Below are positions 52,162-64,000 of a stretch of 64,000 nt of DNA, piece after piece. Source of the stretch: Vitrella brassicaformis CCMP3155 (Eukaryota; Protista; Chromerida); the NCBI GenBank assembly GCA_001179505.1, contig CDMY01000007.1, forward strand, positions 62,001 to 126,000. The letters run 5' to 3'. The notes beneath the pieces were generated by a model, which was not told the origin of the DNA, did no database searches, and saw only the letters and a list, made by a program, of their open reading frames with translations. Position 1 is the stretch's first letter. Every line of letters starts with the position of its first letter. The translations under genes and the position numbers were made by a program.

Positions 52162-54621
52162 TCACTGGCCTTTGCCGCCTGGCTTCCTGCCCTTTTCGGA
52201 TTCTGGGCTGAATCCACTCCCCATGAACTGCTGCAAAGATAGGCGTCGGCCCCTCATGCCGCGGAAGCGTGCCACCCTTCCCACCTCCTGCTCCTTATCC
52301 CCGTCCTTATCGCCGTCCTGCGCCCCCTCATCCATACCCTCCGTCTGCCCGCCGTCCTTATACCGCAGCGTCTTGCTGCGCCGCTTCCCCTCCCCCTGCC
52401 CCAGCCCCTCGCCGGCCACCGCTCCTCCCCCCTCCTTGAGCTCCCTCTCCCGCTCTCGCTGCTGTCGGAAGCGCGCCTCCAAGGCCTCCTTCTCGCGCAC
52501 CTTGGCCAGTAGGCCTCCTCTCGCTGGGGATCATGTCGTGAATATCCGTCGCAGTGGCCGAGAGTGGAGCTCAGGAGGGTGGCGGGGGCGTCGGCGAGGG
52601 CCAGGCCGGCGGATGTGGTCTTGATCTTGCTGCGCGTAGTGGGATCCGCGACATCGTCTGGGTGCAGCAGACAGGAGAGCAGAGGAGAAGAGAACGGTAG
52701 TATATGGGGGTGGGGGTGGAGTAGGCTAGGCTTACGAGTGTGCAGGGAGAGTTTCTCTGGTGAGGGTGGGGGCGACTCCCAATCCACATCGTCCTCGTAC
52801 CAATCCACGCTGTCACGTTGCACTGCAGCCCATTCCCAACAAGATGCATGCCATCTCATCTGCTGGCTGTGCAGTGCAGGGGTCTGGTCTGGTCTCGTTG
52901 CGTTGCTTACTGCTCTTCTTCTCGACACGAGCACGGATCTCCTCTACTACCTGCGTGCATCATACATACATACATGTGTCCGTGGTCTGTGGTGGGTATG
53001 GGTCGGTCGGTCGGTGGGGTGGGGGTGGGTGGGGGTGAGAGTGGGTCGGGTCACGTCACGTCACGTACCTCCTTACGGCGCCACACAGTCTTCTTGCCCT
53101 GCAGAGCAGAAAGAAAAGCAAAGACCACCATCAACCACAACCACAACCACAACCACACAAACAGCTGTGCACGTGTACTGTGAGTGTGGGTGTGAGTTTG
53201 TCGATCGGCTCACCTCAGTCGGGAGGTGCGATTTCGCCTTTGGCTTGATGGTATGCTTGGGTCTGGCCGGCTGGAAGGGGCGCTGCCATGCACAACCGTG
53301 TGTGCGTGTGTGTTTGTGCGTTTGCGTGCATACCATCTTAGAAGTGGTCGATGGAGTTTGCGTAGTGTCGGTGTCATCGGCTTGAGCCACCTCGTCACGG
53401 CGCACCTGCAAGCAGGGTGTTCGGGACAATTTATGTGTGTGTTGGGTTGGGCTTGGATTTGTCTGTGCTGGACTGACGTACCCTTGCCCCCCCGGCCCCC
53501 TGCCCCTGCTGCACGCTCAACTTATCCTCCTCCAACACAGACTGCACCCATAACATACATGCCACACACACACACACACACACAGCGAGATGGATGGATG
53601 GACGGATGTGTGTGCACTTGGCGGACGTTCTGACTGCCACCCGCAACACCTCCTGAAGGAAGGACAAGAGAGCAAACAAAACACACACGTGTGGTGGCGT
53701 GGCGTGGCGTGTGTCTGTGCTATGTTTGTCATGTCCCTGGCTCACCCACCTGCCGACTCGTCGTGTGTCAACTTGGCGCCTCCCTGAACACACACGCAAC
53801 ACATAGATACATCCACACAGTGCATACTAGTGCCTGACGTGACGTGACGTGACGTGACGTGACGTGACCGACGGACGGACGTACTTGGCCCGGCGCAGGT
53901 GGGGGTGAGGGGGACACAGCGGGGGCAGGCTGACTCGAACGCACGACGGGGGACTTGTTGCCAGGGTTCTCATTGATGTCCATACCCTCCAGCCGACCCG
54001 AGACCAGCACATCGTCACCGCCACTGCCAAAACCGCCAAACTGCTGAGGGAGGGAGGGAAGCATCCATCCATCCATCCATCCATCTGTGTGTGTCGTGCG
54101 GCGCGGTACGGTGTGTTCTGTTGTGTTGTGTTGTGGTTCTTCTTGTGTGTCTGTCACCTTAGTTCCCTGGCCGTGTGTGCATTTGGGTGAGGGGGGGTGG
54201 AGGGGGGTGGGGTTCATCTCAGCCTCGTGTGATGAGGTCCGTGCACCGGTCTGGGCAGGGCGAGCCTCGACGCTGCTGCTGCGGCCAGTGCGATTGGGAT
54301 CATTGAGATACGTTTGCTGCAGCCAAGGACAACACCGACAAGCGAGTGGGTTCTGTGTGGGAGACATGTGTTCGCCAGTCATGGCAGATACGTACCGAGT
54401 AGTTTGCCACACTGTCAGGGCGCCTGTTACGATCTGCGGAACCTCCACCACCACGTGACACGTGCTGATGTGAACAACACCGCACCCGCTGATCTCTCTA
54501 TCGCGTTTGGCTGTTTGGGCAGCTGTGCAGTGCCTTCCCTCCATAGGATACCTACCGATGAGTGCCTCCCGCCCCTGCCTGTTCCGCCTGCTTTCTTGAC
54601 CGGCGGGGTCTTGGGAGCCAT
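52162..54621 (-). CDS. Hypothetical low-complexity protein with about 13 short exons and an apparent 1-nt frameshift in the last exon
   Basis: From ATG 54621 (MAPKTPPVKK), successive short GT-AG-bounded exons join in frame, e.g. GKKTVWRRKE, VVEEIRARVEKKS and QRDSVDWYEDDVDWESPPPSP. The frame breaks near 52512. Confidence 0.6.
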
Positions 54622-54770
54622 GCTTAGAACAAAGGAGATAGAGATGCCATGCGGGGCGACTCAAAACTCGAAGGAAATTCACCCCTCACCCCTCTCACGA
54701 ACGACCGTCACGATTTCACGGAAAGGCATTTCACGGAAAAACGTTGCTCTAAGGCAAATTTTCGGTGGCG

Positions 54771-55238
54771 ATGCAGAGCACTAATAGAGGTTTCTCGAGA
54801 CGAGGAGCCTGCAGGCAGCGAGATAAGCCTACAGCGATGATCTCCGCCTTCGTTTTCGATAAGGGCGTTGTGCCTAATGGCCAGCGCCGCGTAGTTTTCC
54901 GCCACGACGCGTGTGTCGGCAGTGGCGCCACAGCCACCGTCATGAGAGCCCCCCTGCCACCCTCACTCCGACCACGTGGCACCCACGCCAGCAACAGCAG
55001 CAGCAACAGCAGGATCAGCAGCGGTGATGCCGCATTCAAGCTGGTGCGTGAGGGGAGGGCAGCGAGAGGCAGGACATCCGGAGCACGGAGGTTGCCGCCG
55101 AGCAGGATAGGATGCGGATGCTGGGAGGGCGCCCGCCCTTCCTGCCGCTCCACGTAGCGGGCAAAGGCGCCTTCGTGCGGGGCACGACGCAGGAGAGGAG
55201 GACCTGCTTAGTAATGCCGTTGTTGAAGGGTACAGACA

Positions 55239-55288
<50 letters not shown>

Positions 55289-57222
55289 TCAATCCATCCA
55301 TCCACCAACACGTACAATGTTTGTCGTGTCTGTCTGTGTCTGTGTGTTGCATCAGAGCCCGAGTGGGTAGAGTTCAGTCGCCTGTGCGGCCTCAAGTGGT
55401 CCAGTGTCAGCGAGCGGGAGGGCAGCTACCACCTCAGCAGCATCACCGCCCGATACCGCCGCACCAAGGACGCCAGGCAGCTGCTCGGCGACCTCACTGT
55501 AGTCACCAAGGCGGTCGCGCAGATGGCCACAGCGCACGACTACGCACTGGAGGAGGGCGTGGTGTGCGTGGACGCCTTCGCCAACAACGTCATGTTGGAG
55601 AGGTCGCGGCTGTGCCCGGATCCCTCAGTTCCCCTCCCCGAGGCATGCCATGGCGTGCGCATGATAGACCTGGCCAACAGCGTCTGCACACCACCCACCG
55701 ACACGGCGTCCCCCCCCACCCCACCACCCCTCATCGGCGGCCGTGGCGCCCGTGTGCCCACGGAGAAGGCCGATCGCCAGAGGCTGCGGCAGATCCCCAC
55801 CGGCACCAGGTGGCTGTGTTCACCGGAGCACTTGCTCCTCAACGGCGGCAACGGACTGTCCGCCGCCACCCCTGACGCCGTCAGTGAGCCAATCAAGGAG
55901 GCCATGGAAGACCTGTCGTGTGAGCTGCAGCTGGCGGGGGCGGTAGTGAGGGAGGGGCTGTGGGTTGGCGAGCCTGCAGTGGTTTGGAGCTTGTGCATGC
56001 TGATAGAGCTGCTGCTGAGGGCGGGCCATTCGATGATGGAGGGCGTGCTGGAGCTGTTCGGCATCGACGACTCCACCGTCCCACTGCAGGACCAGGAGCT
56101 GCTGATGGTCATGCAGTGGGACAAGTTCCGCGAGCTCGTCATGGACGACGACGGCCGCCCGCTCGTCGCTGGGGAGCCCGACACGCCTGACCACCAGCCA
56201 GTGTGCCCGCTTGACGGCCTGGGGGAGGAGGACGGCCTCCCGTGGGTGGACGACTGGCTAGACATCTTCGCCGGCATCGCAGCCAAAGGCCTCGTCACCA
56301 ACCAGCAGCAGCGCGGCACCGTGGCGGATATCAAGGGCGCTCTTAGCCGCGCCCTCGACCTCCTAAGCGAGGTGCAGAAGGCCATGGACGAGCTCCACGC
56401 CGGCGCTGCTGCAGAGGGCCGTGAGGCGGCTGAGGAGGAGCGTGACGAGGAGGATATGGCCAGCATGCCTGAGGAGAGCGAGGGCCACGAGCACCTCCAG
56501 CAGCAGCAGAGCCAGGGGGGAGACCAGTTGGAGGGACACGAGGGGGACGAGAGGGTCACGCTGCAGCAGCCGCCACTATCGGCCCAGCCAGTGATTAGTT
56601 CTGAGGTTGTCGAAGGTATGTCAGTTGGACAGGCACAGGCAGACAACAGATACATGGGCCTGCCTCATTGGTATCTCTCTGTCTCTCGTTCTGTGTATGT
56701 ATGTGCGCGCGATCAGCAGTCGTTGTCGAGGCCGAGGACGAGCCGAAAGAGCCGCACCCTGCCGCCACACACACACACCCCTCCCCACACGAAGCCACAA
56801 GGGCCCGTGCCGTCCTCCTGCCACACATCAAGGCTCTCCACGCCGCCCGCCGAGCACGAGACGCCCCCATGCCACCCCAATCACCGCCACCAGCAGCACC
56901 GTCCGGCCATGACCACCACCGAGAGCCCCCACCACCTCCCCCACCCCGACGGCACCAGTGCAGCATCCCCGTCATGAACGGCACCAACATGCCCGCCCAC
57001 CAGGTGCCGTACTACCCGACCTTCGCCAAGGTTGTGCGGGTGTCAAAGCCAGTCAGTCGGGGCTGGTGGCACAACCCATTCACCGGCGAGGCCGAGTGGT
57101 GGTGGCGAAGCACGGGTGCGTGGGAGGTGCGGTCAGCATCGCAGGATGTGGGCATGAAGGCCTGGGCGCTGCTGTCGGCCGCAGTGGGCCGCGGACCACC
57201 CGCACCACCGCCCTCACAATGA
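54771..57222 (+). CDS. Divergent Ser/Thr-type protein kinase with an apparent 1-nt frameshift near 55052
   Basis: Motifs are VGSGATATV (G-loop), AAFK, AAEQDRM, VVCVDAFANN (catalytic loop), MIDLAN, GTRWLCSPEH and VVWSLC. Introns are 55230-55355 and 56616-56716. The start could be 54771 or 54837. Confidence 0.8.
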
Positions 57223-57643
57223 CAATGACAAGGACAACAACCACAAAGACAGAGGGGCAGGAGGGCAAGAGAAGCTACCTTAGATAGGTCGAAATAAAGA
57301 TGGATGGGTCGCCTCATCCAAGCTTGCTGGTGGTATTTTTCTCATTGCTCGCTTAGCTTGCTCTCTGCCTCCTTCTTTCTTTCATGTGCATCCTCATTTT
57401 TTCTCATTATGCGCGTGTGTGTGTCTGTGTGTGTGTGTGTGTGTATTTTTAACGCATCCATCCATCCATCCACTCATGTGCATGATGGCGGCCGCTACGT
57501 GCACCGCACCGCATCTGTGTGAGAGAGTGAGAGCGAGTACCTCTTCCTGAGTTTGTCTCTTCCTCCCTCTACTTAAGGCCTTCCTCTACTCCACTTCCTA
57601 CCTCTCCTCCCTCTACCCTCACCGTCACACAGGGTCGATGCCT

Positions 57644-57943
57644 NNNNNNNNNNNNNNNNNNNNNNNNNNNNNNNNNNNNNNNNNNNNNNNNNNNNNNNNN
57701 NNNNNNNNNNNNNNNNNNNNNNNNNNNNNNNNNNNNNNNNNNNNNNNNNNNNNNNNNNNNNNNNNNNNNNNNNNNNNNNNNNNNNNNNNNNNNNNNNNNN
57801 NNNNNNNNNNNNNNNNNNNNNNNNNNNNNNNNNNNNNNNNNNNNNNNNNNNNNNNNNNNNNNNNNNNNNNNNNNNNNNNNNNNNNNNNNNNNNNNNNNNN
57901 NNNNNNNNNNNNNNNNNNNNNNNNNNNNNNNNNNNNNNNNNNN
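57644..57943. other. Assembly gap (300 N)
   Basis: N run between repeat copies. Confidence 0.95.
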
Positions 57944-59284
57944 AGAGCCGCACCCTGCCGCCACACACACACACCCCTCCCCACACGAAGCCACAGGGGC
58001 CCGTGCCGTCCTCCTGCCACACATCAAGGCTCTCCACGCCGCCCGCCGAGCACGAGACACCCCCACGCCACCCCAACCAGCAGCACCGTCCGGCCATGAC
58101 CACCACCGAGAGCCCCCACCACCTCCCCCACCTCGACGGCACCAGTGCAGCATCCCCGTCATGAACGGCACCAACATGCCCGCCCACCAGGTGCCGTACT
58201 ACCCGACCTTCGCCAAGGTTGTGCGGGTGTCAAAGCCAGTCAGTCGTGGCTGGTGGCACAACCCATTCACCGGCGAGGCCGAGTGGTGGTGGCGAAGCAC
58301 GGGTGCGTGGGAGGTGCGGTCAGCATCGCAGGATGTGGGCATGAAGGCCTGGGCGCTGCTGTCGGCCGCAGTGGGCCGCGGACCACCCGCACCACCGCCC
58401 TCACAATGACAATGACAAGGACAACAACCACAAAGACAGAGGGGCAGGAGGGCAAGAGAAGCTACCTTAGATAGGTCGAAATAAAGATGGATGGGTCGCC
58501 TCATCCAAGCTTGCTGGTGGTATTTTTCTCATTGCTCGCTTAGCTTGCTCTCTGCCTCCTTCTTTCTTTCATGTGCATCCTCATTTTTTCTCATTATGCG
58601 CGTGTGTGTGTCTGTGTGTGTGTGTGTGTGTATTTTTAACGCATCCATCCATCCATCCACTCATGTGCATGATGGCGGCCGCTACGTGCACCGCACCGCA
58701 TCTGTGTGAGAGAGTGAGAGCGAGTACCTCTTCCTGAGTTTGTCTCTTCCTCCCTCTACTTAAGGCCTTCCTCTACTCCACTTCCTACCTCTCCTCCCTC
58801 TACCCTCACCGTCACACAGGGTCGATGCCTGTTAGTCCATGGTACGCGACGAACTGAGGCAGGAAGAGCACATACATCCTTCACGTGTGGTGGCATGTGT
58901 GTGTGTGTGTGTGCAGCCATACGCGAGACCACTTGCAGCCAATGTTCATGGCCATCGCGCCATGGTGCCTTCTGCGGCCACCACAGGCCGTCAGCTTAGG
59001 GCCCTTCTCGTCTGGGTAAGTACCTAAGCATACACCAATACTCTGACACCGATAGACAGACAGACAGACAGAGAGGGACATCGGCCGACCTTTAGGAATC
59101 TTTTCTGTCTCCTTTGCGTGCAGGTAAGTAAGCCGCCCCTTCGTGGGTGGTCTGAAAGCCTTGGCGGGGGGGCCCCACGTGACGCGACTGTCGATAACCA
59201 ACCAGTCGCCAAACACGTCTCCCTCGAAGCCCCCGTCCATCCACCGGTGAGCAGCCCGCAGTTTGCCAACACGCCCACCCCCTC
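57944..59284 (+). repeat. Second copy of the kinase last exon, 3' flank and downstream exon-like segments
   Basis: Near-identical to 56746-57643 and to 59585-60886. Confidence 0.9.
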
Positions 59285-59584
59285 NNNNNNNNNNNNNNNN
59301 NNNNNNNNNNNNNNNNNNNNNNNNNNNNNNNNNNNNNNNNNNNNNNNNNNNNNNNNNNNNNNNNNNNNNNNNNNNNNNNNNNNNNNNNNNNNNNNNNNNN
59401 NNNNNNNNNNNNNNNNNNNNNNNNNNNNNNNNNNNNNNNNNNNNNNNNNNNNNNNNNNNNNNNNNNNNNNNNNNNNNNNNNNNNNNNNNNNNNNNNNNNN
59501 NNNNNNNNNNNNNNNNNNNNNNNNNNNNNNNNNNNNNNNNNNNNNNNNNNNNNNNNNNNNNNNNNNNNNNNNNNNNNNNNNNNN
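59285..59584. other. Assembly gap (300 N)
   Basis: N run between repeat copies. Confidence 0.95.
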
Positions 59585-60886
59585 CACAGGGGCCCGTGCC
59601 GTCCTCCTGCCACACATCAAGGCTCTCCACGCCGCCCGCCGAGCACGAGACACCCCCACGCCACCCCAACCAGCAGCACCGTCCGGCCATGACCACCACC
59701 GAGAGCCCCCACCACCTCCCCCACCTCGACGGCACCAGTGCAGCATCCCCGTCATGAACGGCACCAACATGCCCGCCCACCAGGTGCCGTACTACCCGAC
59801 CTTCGCCAAGGTTGTGCGGGTGTCAAAGCCAGTCAGTCGTGGCTGGTGGCACAACCCATTCACCGGCGAGGCCGAGTGGTGGTGGCGAAGCACGGGTGCG
59901 TGGGAGGTGCGGTCAGCATCGCAGGATGTGGGCATGAAGGCCTGGGCGCTGCTGTCGGCCGCAGTGGGCCGCGTACCACCCGCACCACCGCCCTCACAAT
60001 GACAACGACAACAACAACAAAGGCAGAGGGGCAGGAGGGCAAGAGAAGTTACCTTAGATAGGTCGATAGACAGATGGATGGGCCGCCTCATCCAAGTTGG
60101 CTGGTGGTATTTTTTCTCATTGCTCGCTTCGCTTACTCTCTGCCTCCTTCTTTCTGTCATGTGCATCCTGATGTTTTCTCATATTATGCGTGTGTGTGTG
60201 TGTGTGTGTGTATTTTTAACGCATCCATCCATCCATCCACCCACGTGCATTGCATGATGGCGGCCGCTACGTGCACCGTACCGCATCTGTGTGAGAGAGT
60301 GAGAGCGAGTACCTCTTCCTGAGTTGTCTCTTCCTCCCTCTACTTAAGGCCTTCCTCTACTCCACTTCCTACCTCTCCTCCCTCTACCCTCACCGTCACA
60401 CAGGGTCGATGCCTGTTAGTCCATGGTACGCGACGAACTGAGGCAGGAAGAGCACATACATCCTTCACGTGTGGTGGCATGTGTGTGTGTGTGTGCAGCC
60501 ATACGCGAGACCACTTGCAGCCAATGTTCATGGCCATCGCGCCATGGTGCCTTCTGCGGCCACCACAGGCCGTCAGCTTAGGGCCCTTCTCGTCTGGGTA
60601 AGTACCTAAGCATACACCAATACCCTGACACGGATACATGCAACACCGATAGACAGGCAGACAGACAGACAGAGAGGGACATCGGCCGACCTTTAGGAAT
60701 CTTTTTCTGTCTCCTTTGTGTGCAGGTAAGTAAGCCGCCCCTTCGTGGGTGGTCTGAAAGCCTTGGCGGGGGGGCCCCACGTGACGCGACTGTCGATAAC
60801 CAACCAGTCGCCAAACACGTCTCCCTCGAAGCCCCCGTCCATCCACCGGTGAGCAGCCCGCAGTTTGCCAACACGCCCACCCCCTC
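59585..60886 (+). repeat. Third, more diverged copy of the kinase last exon plus 3' flank
   Basis: It encodes the same MNGTNMPAHQVPYY..WWHNPFTGEAEWWW..PPSQ* with SNPs and indels. Confidence 0.9.
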
Positions 60887-62000
60887 ACCACGCCATGGAT
60901 GTGTCTGTCTCTTTCAGGTCGCTGCTTGTGGAGGCCCGCAGGCAGAGCGCCCCAGCTCCAGCCTCATAGCGATATCAGCACCCCCGGTCGACAGGCCTTC
61001 GGCGCCCCCAAGTCGCCATCAGGTGCGACTGCGCCCCCTGGCGCGGCACTCCCGCCGTCAGGCTTCCCCCCTCCCATGATCCGATCCACCCCTCTGCGCC
61101 ACTGGCCCCCGCTGCACCCCATCGGCAGCCTCTGATGCTGCCTGCCCTTCGTTCGTCCCTCAGAAGGTACGTGAGGGAGCACTGGAGGCATCAGGCAATG
61201 CCCACCGGTGGGCTTACGTGTGTGTCGTGTGTGTGTGCCTTGGCAGGTGGGCCATGGCAGTCAGTCAGTCGTCCGAGCCAAGCCACGATGGGCGGGGGAA
61301 GGCCGCTTTGGCCGTATCCCGTCCACGATGGGCGGGGGAAGGCCGCTTTGGCCGTATCCCGTCCATCACGGATGGCTCAGGCGAGAAGACCGCCATCAAA
61401 CCCACCAAGGTAAGGTACCCACACGCCCCCGTCTGCCCACTCGCCACTCCCACTCATCCATTGATGTGCCACGAGTATGTGTAGGGGGAGGACCTGACTG
61501 ACTGACGAGGAGTGGCAGTTCGCCGACGTCTTCACGGTGTTGCTGAATGGGACACGCCCTTCGAGCGGGCGATGCGGCAGCTGGCGGGGATGAAGGGGGA
61601 GGAGGATGCGTTGCTGGGGGGGGCGCTGCGTGACGTGTCGATCGCCTTCTGGGAGGTGAGAACGAACGACAACCGGAGAGCTAGTCGTGCACATATGACG
61701 CTTTGTCCTTGGTCGCTTCTTTCTGTCTAGATTTATCGTCGCTGCACGGGTGTTCCCGGCTTCTCCTGCCCGTCTGTCTGTCAGCTTCCTGCCCGTCTAT
61801 CTGTCAGCTGTGCCGCCCCCCTCACAGACTCACCAACCATCCGCCTAAAGGCGGCCGTGGGCCTCCCTCTACTCCACCGACAAGTGCCACCTTCAAGACA
61901 CCCAGCCCGACCGGCGCAGCATCCAGTCGCTCCGCAGCTGGCAGGCAGAGAGCGTCAGTCACTGTGGCGTGCGGCAAGTGTGCGAGCGAATAGCATCGAT
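60420..62000 (+). pseudogene. Possible degraded multi-exon gene remnant including a kinase-like G-loop/AIK exon
   Basis: There is a series of exon-like blocks bounded by CAG/GT. The 61248-61410 block reads GEGRFGRI...EKTAIK if a 40-bp duplication is removed. Other blocks contain stops or frame conflicts. Confidence 0.3.
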
Positions 62001-64000
62001 GTGTACGACCTGGACGGCTCAGTGTTGGTGGTGGACGGATGGATAAATGGGTGGTGCCAGGGGCGTGGGTGTGTATGGGTGGGTGCCTTATGGTCTCTTT
62101 GCTCTCTTCCAAACTGGCCTTTCTGTGCGGATGGATGAATGGATGGATGCGTGAGATGCGTCGAGAGGCGTGAGCGTAACGCCATGCCTGTGTGCATCCG
62201 TGTCGACTTACTATCACTGACTGACTGCGTCTTTATTGTATTTTTGGTCCACGCTCATTCGACTTACTCACTCCACTCACCATGTGCTGTTTGTATGGAT
62301 GTATAGGCTTACCTACCTTACTGCACCCACAGGCTCACTCACTTCTCCTCTCCTGCTTTGGCGCTTTTGGGTGCGGCCCGCTTCACACCACACCCGACCG
62401 CCAAGACACACATGCGCACCAGGAGCACACACTGTCTTCTCTCATTTGGAGTCGACCCCTCCCTCATACTGCTTGCTGACGCGACACGATGCACAGCTTC
62501 CTGGCTGCTGCGCAGGAGCACTGTTCTTCCGCCGCCGCTTTCCGTCGTTGGCCGCGTTTTTCCAGCGTCCGTCCGGCGGACACCACAACTGTCCATCAGC
62601 CGCTGCTCTATCGGCAGTTGTTGTGCCGCCGCACACCTCATTCATATCTGAGCTGTACCTGCCTGTAAGTACTGGCCAGCTCAGCTGGGCACTCACACAC
62701 AAACGCATCGGTGCGCCTACATGTGTGTGACGTGTGCATATATGGCGCACATGTACCCTTCCTTCCACAGCACAACACAAATATCGGCGCGGAACACCAT
62801 GATGCCATGCCGTCTGACGAGTCGAGATATATGGGATGAATTGCATGGCGTGAACAGTCTGCAAGTGGATGGATGGATGGCAAACTCCGTGCGCCTGCAT
62901 GTCCCGCGCTTTTGGTCGTTGCAGGCGCACTGTTCGCACACACACAGACACATTTGAGAGCATTACACACACACAGACATACATACACAATACATACAGA
63001 CAGACAGACAGAATACATACAGACAGACAGACAGATGTGTACGTCAGTTTGCTTGTCCATGTAGGCACGCTGTGCGATGGGTGTCAGTCAGCTGGGAATG
63101 TTTGCTCCGCCCGTGGGTGTGCCCACGCCAGTGTGTCTGCCGGTGCTGCGTACCATAGTGGACAATCAATGGATGGATGGATGGATGGCGGTTTGTCGTT
63201 TGCAGAGTGCCTACAGGCCGGCGTATTACTTACGTGAATGTCTGTCCGCCTCTCTCTTTGTCTGTGTGTGTGTTTGTGTGATGTAGGTGGCGATGTATCT
63301 GTCTGCTGTATGTCTCGTCCGTGGGTTTGCCCGCGCCAAAGTGCCTCTTCGCTGTGTGCTGTCTCTCTGAGGTGTTGTTTGCGTGGCGTCTGGTGTAGAC
63401 AGAAAGATGATATACGTGGCTCAATGAATGCATTGCCTTGCCCTGACTGACAGTTTGATGAATGCATTGCAATGCAGGAGAGGGAGGCACCTTGTGTTTT
63501 GGATGGGTGAGGGGGGGGGGACCTTGTTCGTTCGATGTGGACTGGACGCAACATATTCGTGTGTGTATATGTACTGTCCACCAGTCCGTTCGTCAAGCAT
63601 TCTCGTGGAGACACAGTGACACCACGTGTTCAGATCAGCCGCATGGCTCAAACCCCAACGAGCTGCCCTCACGGCCGCCCGGACAAGTCTGACTGAATCA
63701 CGCACCAACGCATCCAACGAGACTCGCTCGGTCAGCAGTGAGGGTAGCTGGCAGGGGAATCCAATCTACCAGTGGGTCGTATGTGGGCCGAACGAATGCA
63801 CAAATCTCATGTACGTATGCACGTGTTGTCGCAGGACTGCGGCCACTAGGGGAGGAGTATCGGATGTCGTCCAGTGGCGCCGGCTATGGAGCCATCACGG
63901 ATCACTTCCGACACCCAACTCCAAGTGACCGCATCTACCCGCGTCAATGAAAAGCTGTCACGAGAAGGCGAGAAACCTCTGTGGGTGTCTGTCTGTCGTC

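Larger units (their letters stand above)
1..64000. repeat. Dispersed microsatellites, (CA/TG)n, (GA/TC)n, GACA, GGAT, GGCA and GGGA, concentrated in introns and long intergenic regions
   Basis: Visible throughout, e.g. 24.7-28.0 kb, 41.4-43.6 kb and 62-63.7 kb. Confidence 0.95.

Noticed and set aside
52440-52530. LLAKVREKE resemblance to a CDT1 C-terminal helix
   Set aside because: The match is too short and generic for a coiled coil, and no other CDT1 features are present.
53838-53870. (GTGAC)n repeats containing ACGT cores, also near 53050
   Set aside because: These are simple intronic pentanucleotide microsatellites with no evidence of regulatory function.
1-64000. CRISPR arrays, rRNA/tRNA genes, transposase/RT ORFs, and the many C/V/H/T-rich ORFs in the track
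   Set aside because: No repeat-spacer arrays, RNA-gene signatures or mobile-element motifs were seen. The low-complexity ORFs are microsatellite translations or antisense shadows.

Overview
Intron-rich, GC-rich eukaryotic DNA with microsatellite-packed introns. The (CA)n/(GT)n, GACA and GGAT repeats, plus the gene content, suggest an alveolate, probably a chromerid such as Vitrella (inference). There are five 300-N placeholder gaps. I could reconstruct about 12 spliced genes: a 2-TM protein, an unknown secreted protein, a GH16-LamG glycoside hydrolase, a folate-receptor-family protein, a hypothetical protein, a low-complexity protein with five novel RVxF/RKxT repeats, a plastid-type LPAAT, an FHA-RINGv-FHA protein, NAA15, a START-like protein, a large CCp1/CCp2-like LCCL protein, a micro-exon hypothetical gene, and a divergent protein kinase. 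There are also pseudogenes and duplications: a kinase paralog with four lesions, a scrambled inverted copy of the LCCL gene between direct repeats, and tandem copies of the kinase 3' end. No rRNA, tRNA, CRISPR or autonomous transposon was recognised. The best candidates for novelty are the PP1-inhibitor-like repeat protein, complementary CA...GT intron ends, the scrambled LCCL copy, and the atypical kinase family. All calls come from manual reading; no database search was run.
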